Shown: positions 50,117-60,208, counted from the first letter of the stretch. The stretch: DNA of 64,000 nucleotides from Bradymonadia bacterium (GCA_046290225.1 JBKAGE010000038.1:128001-192000), one strand, 5' to 3'. Notes: a model not told the origin generated them from the sequence alone. Program-made: numbers and translations.

Positions 50117-51499
50117 TCAGTACGACTGCTGCGTATCGAGCTGGAACTGGCGCTTGCGCATCGACTTGCGCTGCTTGTTCCAGTTCGCGCCGTCGAGGTT
50201 GTCGGCATCGAAGTCGTACTCCTGCTTCTGCTTCTTCAAGGAGGGCGCCTTGTACTTGGTAGCGTTGAACTGCAAGTAAGTCGAGGTGTCCTTGAGGGCC
50301 TTTCGGGCCTGCTCCACCTTCCCGGCATCGCGCAGGGCCATGGCCTCCTGGTTCCGCTCGTTGGCGATGAGCTGCACGACAGCCACCATCACGTCCCGGT
50401 TGCTCGCCTGCTCCACCTCCTGGCGAGAGTCGACGAAGTTCGCCGACAGCTGTCCGCGGCCCTCAGCTGTGTTCTTGCTCACCATGTCGGCGTAGGTCAC
50501 CCGCACGTCGGCGAGCTTCTCCTTGGCGCCCACCTTCCTGGGGCTCACCTCGACCTCGAGGAGGGCGTACTTCTCCTGACGGCCGTAGAGCTGGGAGAGG
50601 CCCACGGTGACCTGCTGGCCGGTGATGTCGCCGTCGCGGCCGAGCAGACGCACCGGACGCACGCCCTCGGCGCAGGTGATCTCCACCTGGACATCCTGGG
50701 CCACCACCGAAAGCACGTCGCCGAGCTCTGCCTGGAAGATGGTGGCCAGGTTGGCGGCGTCCTCGATGAAGGTGTGGTTGCCGTCGCTGTTGCGGGCGAG
50801 AGAGAACATCAGATCTTCGTTGTAGCCCAGGCCCAGGCCGAAGGTGGTCACCGAGATGCCCTCCTTTGCCAGGGAGGCGCCGAGCTCGCCGAGCTCACCG
50901 GGGCTGCTGGGCCCCACGTTGGCCATACCGTCCGAGAGCAGGATGATGCGGTTCACCTTGTTGCGATCGTGGAACTTGCGCACCTCTTGAGCGCCCTTGC
51001 TCACTCCGGCGAAGAGGGCGGTGTTGCCCCCAGCACTGATGGCACGGATGCCCGCCTGAATCGTCGCCCGCTCACTCACCTTGGTGGCGGGGACGATGAC
51101 CCGGACGGTGCTGTCGTAGGTCACCACGGAGACGATGTCGTCGGGGTTGAGCATGTCGATGGCCTGCAGCGCCGCGGCCTTGGCCTGCTGGATCTTGCGC
51201 CCCTGCATCGAGCCCGACTTGTCGAGGACGATGGCCACGTTCACCGGAGTGCGGCTCTCCGAGGGCAGAGGCACCCCGGTGAGCCCCACCTTCATGTACA
51301 CCGTCTCCTTGCTGTCGGACTTGATCAGCGGGTGAGAGCCCTGCACGTCGATCTTCACCCGGGTGTTGCCGTCGGTGGCGATCTTGAGCGGGCTCTGGGC
51401 CTGGGCCGTGGCGCAGCCGGAGAAGGTGAGGGCCAAGAGGGCGATGGTGAGTGCCGACAAGCTGCCGGCGGCCTGAATCTTCGACGTGAGCGGATGCAT
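50117..51499 (-). CDS. VWA-domain lipoprotein (YfbK/chloride-channel-accessory-like)
   Basis: Lipobox FSGC-A; MIDAS VLDKSGSM, GGNT, LLSDGMANVG, GLGLGYNEDL. Confidence 0.92.
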   Translation of the reverse strand: MHPLTSKIQAAGSLSALTIALLALTFSGCATAQAQSPLKIATDGNTRVKIDVQGSHPLIKSDSKETVYMKVGLTGVPLPSESRTPVNVAIVLDKSGSMQGRKIQQAKAAALQAIDMLNPDDIVSVVTYDSTVRVIVPATKVSERATIQAGIRAISAGGNTALFAGVSKGAQEVRKFHDRNKVNRIILLSDGMANVGPSSPGELGELGASLAKEGISVTTFGLGLGYNEDLMFSLARNSDGNHTFIEDAANLATIFQAELGDVLSVVAQDVQVEITCAEGVRPVRLLGRDGDITGQQVTVGLSQLYGRQEKYALLEVEVSPRKVGAKEKLADVRVTYADMVSKNTAEGRGQLSANFVDSRQEVEQASNRDVMVAVVQLIANERNQEAMALRDAGKVEQARKALKDTSTYLQFNATKYKAPSLKKQKQEYDFDADNLDGANWNKQRKSMRKRQFQLDTQQSY

Positions 51500-51654
51500 G
51501 ATGTCCTCGCAGGTGCAGGTTGATTGTGAGCCTACGGTATCGGGACCGCCGACGTCAGTGGTCGCCTGCAGGTGAAAGGGATTTCAAAACTTTGTAAAAG
51601 GGGCCCTCAGTCCCGCTGTATTGACCCTTCGACGTGCACACCTGGAGCCTGTCG

Positions 51655-53028
51655 ATGACATTCGGTGAGCAATTCAAGGCCCTGGGCAGGGCCCTGGCCG
51701 CCCCTCGGCGCGCTGGCCCACGGACTCTGGCCTGGCTGGGCACCTACGCCCTGGCCCTCGGGGTCATCTTCGGAGGTTTCGCCTGGGTGCTCGTCGCCTA
51801 CCAGGGCGATCTGGGCCGAGGTGTGCTGCAGTTCTTTCTCCCCGATGACTGGCTCTTCGCCGGAGAATTCCTCGTGGAGCGCTTCTGGGCTTCTCAGGCA
51901 CGATCGGTCCTGGTGAGCCTCACCCTCGGCGGCGCCCTCATGCTCAGCAGCGTGCTGTTGTTCCCCATCAAGGAGAAGCTCGGCGCCACATTCGAAGACG
52001 AAGCCACGCTCACCGGCAAACCCATCCACGAGTTCCCGCTCTGGTATCAGGCCTGGGAAGAGATCAAGCTGTTCCTGCTCTACACCGCCCTGGCCTTTGT
52101 GGTCCTGCGCCTGGGCCACACGCCGGATCCCACCCGCCGGCAATGGGCGAAGGTGCTCAGCTATGCCGTACTCTGCCTGACGTTCTCCATCGACTTCCTC
52201 GCCCCCCTGCTCCAGCGACACCGACATCGGTACAGCCAGATCGTCAAGGTGATGCTGCGGCGACCGCTGCTGGTGTTGGGCTTCGGGTGCCTTTTCGCCT
52301 TGCCCCCGGCGCTGGTGGGATCATGGCTCGCCAAATCATCCACGTGGCCCATCGCCGAGGTCCTCGCTCTGGGCTTGATGCTCAACCTCGTCTCGCTGCT
52401 CGGTGCCGTGCTCGTGGGCAACGCCCTCGGCGCCGCCCTGCTCGCCGATACAGAGCGCACTCCGGTGAGCAGCCTGCCGGTCCGAGGCCTCACGTGGCTC
52501 GTGGTGATGGGGGTGCTGTCGGTCAACCTCTATGTCTTTGGGCAGATCGGCCGAGCGGCCTGGGGCATCACACCTGTGCTCAAGTGCGAGTACAGCCTTG
52601 ATCCCACCACCCTCGACATCGACGTCTCTGGCCTGCTCAGTCCCACGCTCACGGTCTCGGGCAGGGTGGAGATCCACAACCCCACCGATCGAGACGTAGA
52701 GCTCGCAGATCACCGCATCGAGCTGCGCCATCGGGGCGATCTGCTGACGCAGTCGAAGCTGCCCCGTATGTCGGTCCCTGCAGGTGGGCGAGAGCAAGCC
52801 GACTTGTCTTTCGAGTTGAGTATGGGAGGCGGTGTGCTGGGCAAGGGCATGGCCCTGGCGAAAGAGGTCACCTCAGGGGGCGTAGGCGATGCCCTCGGGG
52901 CCCTCGCCGACGCCGGCAGCGCCGCCATCGACAAGGACTTCTACGCCATCACGCTGATCATCCCCACCGATCTCGAAGAGTTCCCCATTTACCTCTACGC
53001 AGGTGAGAAGTCGGCCTCGGGGGACTGA
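51655..53028 (+). CDS. Membrane protein with an EI24/CysZ-like N-terminal domain and a LEA_2/WHy-like C-terminal domain
   Basis: About 7 TM helices with FPIKEKL...E and DFLAPLLQRH; C-terminal LTVSGRVEIHNPTDRDV...SVPAGG. Confidence 0.65.
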   Translation: MTFGEQFKALGRALAAPRRAGPRTLAWLGTYALALGVIFGGFAWVLVAYQGDLGRGVLQFFLPDDWLFAGEFLVERFWASQARSVLVSLTLGGALMLSSVLLFPIKEKLGATFEDEATLTGKPIHEFPLWYQAWEEIKLFLLYTALAFVVLRLGHTPDPTRRQWAKVLSYAVLCLTFSIDFLAPLLQRHRHRYSQIVKVMLRRPLLVLGFGCLFALPPALVGSWLAKSSTWPIAEVLALGLMLNLVSLLGAVLVGNALGAALLADTERTPVSSLPVRGLTWLVVMGVLSVNLYVFGQIGRAAWGITPVLKCEYSLDPTTLDIDVSGLLSPTLTVSGRVEIHNPTDRDVELADHRIELRHRGDLLTQSKLPRMSVPAGGREQADLSFELSMGGGVLGKGMALAKEVTSGGVGDALGALADAGSAAIDKDFYAITLIIPTDLEEFPIYLYAGEKSASGD

Positions 53029-53042
53029 GCCCAGGGGTGTCT

Positions 53043-54302
53043 TCAGCGCTGATCGCACCCCACGTCGAAGCGCTCCCATCGGGTGTCACCCTCGATGTCC
53101 TGGTCGATCTCCGTCAGCGAGATGCCGACGCCAATGGCGCGATCCCCTTCGACGAGGTGGTAGCTGTTCGGGCTCTCGAAGTCGGCATCTTCAGCGTCGA
53201 ACAGGTTGCCACTGTACGTGTAGCTCGGGCTGTTCTCGGTGGAAGGCTCACTGTTGAAGAAGTTGTTGAGCAGCACCCCTTCGGTGATGCCGTCGAAGTG
53301 CACCGCTGGGGCCTCGGCGACACGGACGGTGTTGTGGAGCATACGTACGCTCCGGCTACTGGTGGCCAACAACCCCGGACCACCGGATGCACGCCTCAAG
53401 ATGAAGTTGTTCTGCAGCATGAGGCTCACATGATCGGGCCACACCACCACAGGATGCGTCACCTCGATCATGGCGTTGCGGGCCACTACGTTCTGGCGGG
53501 CTCCAGCGCCACCGAACCGCATGCCCACACCGTCGAGGGCGTAGATGAAGTTGTCCGAGAGCAGCCACTCAGTCCCCCCCCGCAAATCGATGGCCGCCTC
53601 AGAAGGCTCGACGCCTCGATAGGATGTGGTGATCTCACCGCACATCACCTCCACACCGGCGACGCTGCCATCTGAAAAGATGTGGCTGCGGGCGTGGTCC
53701 ACCGTCTGCACGCGCCAGAGCAGCGTGTTGTGGGCCTGGGGAGAAAGGGTGATGCCGACCTGACCCCGACGCACGGAGACGTCGGCGAGCACACTCTCGG
53801 CCCCTTCCATGCGCACACTCCCGATGATGGAGATGTCGGTGGATGTGCCTGTGAGCCCACGCACGGTGACGCCGGCAGGCACACTCAGCGGTGTCTCTTC
53901 GACATCGTATCGACCAGGGTTGAGCACCACCTCAGTGTCGCTCTCCGCAGTGGTGATGGCCTCTCGCCATGGATCATTGGGCCCCACCTGCACTCGACCC
54001 GCTCGAGGGCGCAGCACATCAGATCGCAGATAGGGTACGCACCGTGCCGAGGGCTCGGGATAGGCGTGGGCAGCGGTGTCGCTCTCCTCGTCGAACCCGC
54101 CGCCAAATTGCGGCACCTGAGCATCAGGTGGCAGCGCCATGTCGGGCTCGGCGATGGCTGGTGGCGCAGGTGCCTGCACCTCTGCGTCTGGCACTGCAGC
54201 GTCTGGGGGCAGCGCCCCACCTGAAGAGACCTGCACTTGAGGTGACAGACATCCAGAAAGCCCCAACGCAAGCAGAGGCCATGACACATTGCGATGACTC
54301 AT
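53043..54302 (-). CDS. Lipoprotein with a right-handed beta-helix (pectin-lyase-like) domain
   Basis: Lipobox LSGC-L; AITTAESDTEVVLNPGRY, repeated xxxNNxI rungs, and a C-terminal YHL..AIGVG..DIEG..R..DVGCDQ tail; ATGA-coupled to the upstream gene. Confidence 0.8.
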   Translation of the reverse strand: MSHRNVSWPLLALGLSGCLSPQVQVSSGGALPPDAAVPDAEVQAPAPPAIAEPDMALPPDAQVPQFGGGFDEESDTAAHAYPEPSARCVPYLRSDVLRPRAGRVQVGPNDPWREAITTAESDTEVVLNPGRYDVEETPLSVPAGVTVRGLTGTSTDISIIGSVRMEGAESVLADVSVRRGQVGITLSPQAHNTLLWRVQTVDHARSHIFSDGSVAGVEVMCGEITTSYRGVEPSEAAIDLRGGTEWLLSDNFIYALDGVGMRFGGAGARQNVVARNAMIEVTHPVVVWPDHVSLMLQNNFILRRASGGPGLLATSSRSVRMLHNTVRVAEAPAVHFDGITEGVLLNNFFNSEPSTENSPSYTYSGNLFDAEDADFESPNSYHLVEGDRAIGVGISLTEIDQDIEGDTRWERFDVGCDQR

Positions 54303-55969
54303 GGACACACCTCCAGCGGCGCCCAGCGAGCGTCCAGCGGTGGTAAATCAGCCTCTGATGCGGGCTCTACAGTGAAGCGGGTAAAGAGCGCTCGTCCGGA
54401 ATCGAAGCCGCCGAGACCGGCCATCCCGATGTGGGGGGGATCACCGTCGACGTCGATGTCGGGTACATCAACGACAGCGACAGGGCCGCCGTCTTCAGGT
54501 GGCCGGTCGAGGTTGTAGAGGCTCGCCCTCAGGCGGTTCCCCACCACCACCACCTCCATGCGGTGGGTGTCAGCGGCAAAGGTCAGCCAGTCGTACCGCG
54601 TACCCCCTTGGGCCTCGTCTACATAGAACTGATAACGACACCCCTCGAAGTAGTTCCGATCTCGACCTGGGCGATTTTGATACACACAGTTCAGGGAAGG
54701 GGTCAGGTTGTCCGGCGGTACACCAGGCTGCAACCGGCTCTGATCATTGCGGATGTAGCACCCCAGCCATCGAAAGTCGTTCACCGCTCTGAGGTTCACC
54801 CGTGGAAAAGCGAAACGGTTGTAGGGGGTGTCGTCGGCCAGCACCCGAAAGACCACCGACACCTTGATGTTCTGACTCGCGGTGGCAAAGGGGGCCACCG
54901 CTTCCACGGTGAGCTCCTCGTCGACGCCACCAATGGACAACAACCCCTCAGGCGTCCACGCCCAACCCGGGCTATCGTCTACTGAGGGTGGATAGAGCGT
55001 CCACCCCGGCTGCTGCTCTTGGAGATCGAAGGCGAGGGTGGGCTGTGCCGGGAGGGGGTTGTCAGACATCCCCGCCCCGTCGAACTCAGGATCGAAGGGC
55101 AGCCCGTCACCCACGGCCCGGACCTGCACCGTGGCATCCTCTGGGATGGCTTCGTCAGTGATGATGACCACCTGCTCCGGCGTGTCCTCGAGCTGCCAGG
55201 CAGTGAGAATCGGCCACGGGATACCACCATCGCGGACGATGCCATCGGGGAACACACCCAGCTCGAAACTCTGCGCCCAAAGCTCGGGCGTCCACAGTAC
55301 ATCGCCGAGGCGAATGGGCTTGTCGAAGGTGAGGGCGATGACGTTGATGCCCTCGATGCGCATGCGCACCAGAGCGGGTGGGCCGGGCAGCGCCTCGGGA
55401 TCGATGGGCGGCGCCTCGGTCCACACCCCACCACTCTCCACTGTGCCCTCTATTTCGGAAGGCTCTCCAGTCTCTGGGGACTCCGGAGGGGGCGGCGGCA
55501 TCAAATCCGGCACGGTGCAGGTGACCCGGACAGCCTCTTCGATCAGGGCAGCCGTCGACGGCCCGCCAAAGAACGGGTCGTCCAATAAAGACAGCGCATC
55601 GATGGGGCGATCATCTGCGGTCGCCCACTGGCCATCTGGGCCATTTCGATATGTCAGAAGGTTGCGTGCCGCCCACCGAGGCACCCCGAGCGTGGTCAGA
55701 TCATCGAGGGTGAGCCCGGGGCTGCTCAGATACGTCAATGCCAGGGTCGAGGCCTCTGGACATGTGTCGCGCTCTGGAGGCGGGGCCATGTCGGGTCTGA
55801 CAGCAGCATCAGGCCTTGGGGCAGCATCAACAACCTCAGTTGCATCGGGGCCTGAAGCATCTGACGACGACTCAGCACCGCCCGCCACCGAGGCATCGCC
55901 TTCGCAGCCCCACATCAACGCCCCACACAGCGACCATGTCACCCATCGAGTCCACACTTGCAGCCTCAC
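54299..55969 (-). CDS. Hypothetical lipoprotein with a helix-hairpin-helix-like segment and a C-terminal beta-rich domain
   Basis: Lipobox MWGC-E; AARNLLTYRNGPDGQWATADDRPIDALSLLDD..GGP; Pro-rich linkers. Confidence 0.7.
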   Translation of the reverse strand: MRLQVWTRWVTWSLCGALMWGCEGDASVAGGAESSSDASGPDATEVVDAAPRPDAAVRPDMAPPPERDTCPEASTLALTYLSSPGLTLDDLTTLGVPRWAARNLLTYRNGPDGQWATADDRPIDALSLLDDPFFGGPSTAALIEEAVRVTCTVPDLMPPPPPESPETGEPSEIEGTVESGGVWTEAPPIDPEALPGPPALVRMRIEGINVIALTFDKPIRLGDVLWTPELWAQSFELGVFPDGIVRDGGIPWPILTAWQLEDTPEQVVIITDEAIPEDATVQVRAVGDGLPFDPEFDGAGMSDNPLPAQPTLAFDLQEQQPGWTLYPPSVDDSPGWAWTPEGLLSIGGVDEELTVEAVAPFATASQNIKVSVVFRVLADDTPYNRFAFPRVNLRAVNDFRWLGCYIRNDQSRLQPGVPPDNLTPSLNCVYQNRPGRDRNYFEGCRYQFYVDEAQGGTRYDWLTFAADTHRMEVVVVGNRLRASLYNLDRPPEDGGPVAVVDVPDIDVDGDPPHIGMAGLGGFDSGRALFTRFTVEPASEADLPPLDARWAPLEVCP

Positions 55970-56054
55970 ACGCAGTGAATCTTCAGGTGGATCTCGGCAT
56001 GTTCACTGGGGGGTCATGAAGGGGGCGGGTCAGACAGTACAGCCTGCGAAGCGC

Positions 56055-57791
56055 TCAGGGCTTGAGGCCTTTGCACGGCTCCCCTGCTCTGGGCGTCACA
56101 CACTGTCGCCAGACCTGGTTGAGCTGATGTCGCATGCCAGAGCGCACGTTTTGGAGATGCACCCCGGCTTCTGCACAGCGGCAATGCTCCAGGGCATCCC
56201 GCGTGGCCTCGATGGCCATGGCCTCTGCTCGATCAGCAGCAAGTCGCGCCTGATAGATCGCCTCAGCTTCGTGTTCGGGATCGACTTGGAGGCTGTCGAT
56301 GACCACTGGGGCAGGCTCGGCCTGAGCGAGATATTTGAAGGCGAGCGCACCGGCGACGACCAGCGCAGCGGCCCACGTGAGCGCCAGCAGGGCACGCCAG
56401 CCCCACCACATGGGACGCCACTCGTCGACGCCGGCCTGCTCCACGGCGGTGTGCATGCCTGTCGGGGTGTGTACGCTTGCCGGTGTGGGGGGCGCCGACA
56501 TGCGAGGCGTCGCCACCCTTGAGGGCTTCAGCTCGGGGATCGTCACCACTGGGGTGGGCATGGTGCCGAGGGCTGGCCTTCTCAAGTTGTCCGGTGTGCT
56601 CAGCGGGGACCATCGCGCCACTGGATCCAGCTCGCCCACCACAACAGGCTTTGACTGAGGTGGATCAGGCTCGGTGTCAGGCTCGGTCACCAGCGTGCTC
56701 CCGTCGGGGGCCAGCATGGCGTCGAGGCTCAAACCGAGAGTGGCTTCCCACAGGGCCCCTCGCATCTCTGCAGCGGTGCGGAACCGTTGCTCGGGGGTTT
56801 TTCGCAACGCCTTGAGCAACACCGCCTGAGTGGGCTCGTCGATGAGCACCCCACTTTGCGTCCAGTCATCCAGCGCCCGCTCTGGAGCGATGCACAGATG
56901 CGCCGAGGCCAGCTCGGCGAAGTCATCGCTGACGCACTGTTGCGCGAAGAGAGGTGCCCCGGCGAGCATCTCCACCGTGATCACCGCAGCGCTGTAGATG
57001 TCGGTGGCATGAGATACCGGCTCGCGGATGAACACCTCCGGTGCCATATAGGCCCCGCTGGAGATGCTGTGTCGGACCTGTATCCCCTTCGCGGCTCTGG
57101 GCACGCCAGCGTCGATCCACTGAGCAGCGCCAAAGCCGGTGAGCGTGAGAGAGAGTGCACTGTCGCTTGTGGAGATCACCACCGCATCGCTGGTGAGATC
57201 ACTGTGCACCACCTGGGCCTCGTAAAGGCTCTCAAGGGCCTCGAGCAACTGGTCCAGAAGGGCCATGGCGTCTCGGGCCGACATCGCCCCTCGGCGCTCG
57301 ATCAAATTGGACAGCGTGATGCCATTGATGCGGGCGGTGGCGATGTAGAGCCCCTGCACTCCGTGCATGTCGAGCTCGCCATAGTCGACGAGCTCCACCA
57401 CCCGCGGCCCCGCAGCTCTGCTCAGACAGTTGATCTCGTTGAGCCAGACGGGCCTCTGGTGTTGCCCGAAGAACACCTTGAACGCCACGGGCCGGCCCGT
57501 GGCCAGGTCGATGGCCTCGTAGATGCGGCTGCGATGGCTTGAACTGATGATGCCCCACACTGAGTACTGACCACCGATGATCCGGCCCAGGCAGCGATCA
57601 CCGGACCACTTCAGCATCTCGTCCACAGGCAGGTAGACACCATTGTCCTCAGGACAAGCATCCCCAGGGGTGGGGTCGACAACCCCCACACCACACTTGG
57701 GGCATCGCCAGCTGCGGCCGCTCTGCTGAGCACCCCAGGCGGAGATCTCTGGTGTGGTGTCCATTGTGGAGAGATGGGTGCGAGTCGTCAT
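56055..57791 (-). CDS. Ser/Thr kinase-fold membrane protein, probable pseudokinase, with an N-terminal zinc-ribbon-like motif
   Basis: CPKC..CPED; VAFK, VVHSDLTSDA, LTGFG, YMAPE, DIYSAA, KALRKTPEQRF; one TM helix. Confidence 0.85.
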   Translation of the reverse strand: MTTRTHLSTMDTTPEISAWGAQQSGRSWRCPKCGVGVVDPTPGDACPEDNGVYLPVDEMLKWSGDRCLGRIIGGQYSVWGIISSSHRSRIYEAIDLATGRPVAFKVFFGQHQRPVWLNEINCLSRAAGPRVVELVDYGELDMHGVQGLYIATARINGITLSNLIERRGAMSARDAMALLDQLLEALESLYEAQVVHSDLTSDAVVISTSDSALSLTLTGFGAAQWIDAGVPRAAKGIQVRHSISSGAYMAPEVFIREPVSHATDIYSAAVITVEMLAGAPLFAQQCVSDDFAELASAHLCIAPERALDDWTQSGVLIDEPTQAVLLKALRKTPEQRFRTAAEMRGALWEATLGLSLDAMLAPDGSTLVTEPDTEPDPPQSKPVVVGELDPVARWSPLSTPDNLRRPALGTMPTPVVTIPELKPSRVATPRMSAPPTPASVHTPTGMHTAVEQAGVDEWRPMWWGWRALLALTWAAALVVAGALAFKYLAQAEPAPVVIDSLQVDPEHEAEAIYQARLAADRAEAMAIEATRDALEHCRCAEAGVHLQNVRSGMRHQLNQVWRQCVTPRAGEPCKGLKP

Positions 57792-57922
57792 ACTCCACCC
57801 TACACGCAATTCCCGGACCAACATTTCACACCATTCGAAGGACCCAACCATCAAGGTGCTATGCAGAGGCGTCGAATCACAGATGTCCGCCTTTCCGGTC
57901 TGCGTTTTCTACGGGGTCGTCC

Positions 57923-60094
57923 ATGAGCCGCTCAGCATCTCGCCCGCTGTTGGTGATCGTCCACCCGAACCCTCAAGCCCAGGTCTCTTTGAGAACCACA
58001 CTCGAGGCTGGGGGTCACTTGATGGTGGCCGTGGCCTCAGACGGTGTAGATGCCGTCGAACGGGTCATCCGCAACCAACCTCCAGTGGCCGCGTTGCTCT
58101 TCGATTGGGAATACTTCGATCTCAACGCGCCCAAGTTCCTGCCTCGACTGGTGAGAGCTCGGGTGCCTCAGAAGCCCTTCCTGCTCACACTGCATCACGA
58201 CTGGCAGCTCAACGATCTGCATCGAGCGGAACAGCTCGGGGTACAGGGGTTGCTGTGGGCCCCACTGCGCATGCCGGCTCTGGTGAAAGAGCTGGTCTCT
58301 CTGAAAAAGACGGGCCGCTCGAGCAGCTTCCAGTCGACCCGGCAGGCGATCTCGGAGCGGCGCAGCCTCAACAAGGGCGCCCTGGCACGCGCTGGGGTGA
58401 AGCAGGACAACGGCTGGTCCAACCGGATGGCCGCCCTCGCCGCCAACGCCCGCTCCCGCTCGGGCGGTGCGAACCGCGAAGAGCAAATCGAGTCGTTGTT
58501 GAGCAAGATGGACAACACCTTGGGGCGCCCCGTGAGCGTGAAGCTCGCCGAAGCGGTGGTCCTCAACCTCAAGGGTGATGCCTATGCTCTGCAGGAGTTC
58601 CTTACCACCCACGCCGTCGATCGCCGCGCGGTACAACGACTGAGCGAGGTTGTCCAAAAGGTGGGTGGTCAGTCCGCCAAGGCTCAGGCCAAGGGCCGTA
58701 CCGGCCCCTCGGCCATCTCACTGCTCCTCGCCACAGATGTGATGGAGCGGGTGAAGGCCCGCGCTGAAGGCCGGATCGTCTCTGGCGCCTTCAAAGATGT
58801 GCGCCAGGCCGCCGCGGGCTATCTCACCGACTCTTCTGATGCCGCCGATCTCGCCATGTTCATGGGCGAGTGGCTTGAGATCGACGCCTCGGTCTTCTCG
58901 AGGATGCAGCGCAAACGGGCTCGACGCATGGCAGAGCGCATGCTCTCGGAGTCGAACGAGCGCAAGGCCAAGGAGTACGCCCGGCTCTTCGCCCTGGCCT
59001 CTCTCTTGAACGCCCGCAACAACCCGCAGCACATGGCCGAACAGGAGCGCGATGCCCTGGTGGGGCTGGCTTCGGTGTTGTCCTCTGCCCGCTCGAGCGG
59101 AGAGGACGGTTTGCAGCGTCTGATGGAGATGTCGGAGGGCGTACGATCTGGCGAATATGACGATCTCGGCCTCAACCCCGGGGAGATGCCCGACTTCGCT
59201 GAGTTCAATGACCTGTTCGCCGAGATGGCCACCGAGATGGACGATGGCGATGACGACTTCGCCGCCCTGCAGCGCGATCTCGCCGCCCTCGGTGCCGCCA
59301 TGGGGCACCCTGCAGAAGAGGCCAAAGCCGTTGAAGAGATCGCTGATGACCCCCGAGCAGCCCTGGTGGCCGCTCTGGCTCAGGAGCTCAACCTGGGCCA
59401 GGCGCTCATCTCGGAGGTGGCCCCCGATGATCTCGCAGAGCATCTGCCCCCCTGCAAGATGCCGGACTGGCAGGCCCCTCCGGAGCGCCTGCGGGTCGTA
59501 CGCACCATGGCCCGCATACTGACTGACACCACGAAGTCGGAAGGCCACGACGAGCTTCTGAGGGCGTTCCACCATCGATACGAAGACGAATTCTTGATGA
59601 TCCGAGCGCTGCTGGTCTGCATCGAAGGGACCCGAAGCCCCGCTGCGGTGAAGATGGTGCGCGATCATCTCGACCTCTGCCATGGCACCCCCACGGCGAG
59701 AGACATCAAGGGCTATATCGCCCGCGGCGCCCTCGGCCAGGCCATGCTCATGGTGGCGGAGCTGCCCAGCTCGGAGAAGCAAACGGCGCAGCTCGTCAAC
59801 CTGGTGGCCATGTCACTGCGCAACGCCGGACAGCTGTCGGAGTCGGAGTGGCTGTACCGCAAGGGTCTACGTCAGGCCCCGAGCCGCATCAGCCTGCTCT
59901 ACAACTACGCCCGTCTGAAGATGGACCAGGGAGAAACCCAGGTGGCAGGGCAGCTGCTCAAGCGCGCACTGCAGATCGATCCTCAGCACGAGCCCTCGGT
60001 GGAACTGCTCGAAAACATCCGCTTGCAGATGGCCGCCAAGCGGCGCCGCAGCGGCAAGCGCCCCGATCGCGCCGACGAGCGCCGACGGGCCTGA
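57923..60094 (+). CDS. Protein with an atypical receiver domain and C-terminal TPR repeats
   Basis: N-terminal VAVASDGVDAV..LLFDW..GVQGLLWAP; C-terminal YRKGLRQAP..LYNYARL..LKRALQIDPQH. Confidence 0.78.
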   Translation: MSRSASRPLLVIVHPNPQAQVSLRTTLEAGGHLMVAVASDGVDAVERVIRNQPPVAALLFDWEYFDLNAPKFLPRLVRARVPQKPFLLTLHHDWQLNDLHRAEQLGVQGLLWAPLRMPALVKELVSLKKTGRSSSFQSTRQAISERRSLNKGALARAGVKQDNGWSNRMAALAANARSRSGGANREEQIESLLSKMDNTLGRPVSVKLAEAVVLNLKGDAYALQEFLTTHAVDRRAVQRLSEVVQKVGGQSAKAQAKGRTGPSAISLLLATDVMERVKARAEGRIVSGAFKDVRQAAAGYLTDSSDAADLAMFMGEWLEIDASVFSRMQRKRARRMAERMLSESNERKAKEYARLFALASLLNARNNPQHMAEQERDALVGLASVLSSARSSGEDGLQRLMEMSEGVRSGEYDDLGLNPGEMPDFAEFNDLFAEMATEMDDGDDDFAALQRDLAALGAAMGHPAEEAKAVEEIADDPRAALVAALAQELNLGQALISEVAPDDLAEHLPPCKMPDWQAPPERLRVVRTMARILTDTTKSEGHDELLRAFHHRYEDEFLMIRALLVCIEGTRSPAAVKMVRDHLDLCHGTPTARDIKGYIARGALGQAMLMVAELPSSEKQTAQLVNLVAMSLRNAGQLSESEWLYRKGLRQAPSRISLLYNYARLKMDQGETQVAGQLLKRALQIDPQHEPSVELLENIRLQMAAKRRRSGKRPDRADERRRA

Positions 60095-60133
60095 AACCCC
60101 GCCTTTTCATCCCCCGCCCCACTCACGATCCTC

Positions 60134-60162
60134 TTGACTCTCCCCCCTGGGGCTGATAGATC
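60134..60162 (+). promoter_or_regulatory. Putative sigma70 promoter of rpsT
   Basis: TTGACT, 17-nt spacer ending TGa, then TAGATC followed by GC-rich GCCGCG. Confidence 0.5.
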
Positions 60163-60208
60163 GCCGCGTCTGTCCGCAGACCACGTATTCACAGCAGGAA
60201 TCATTTTC

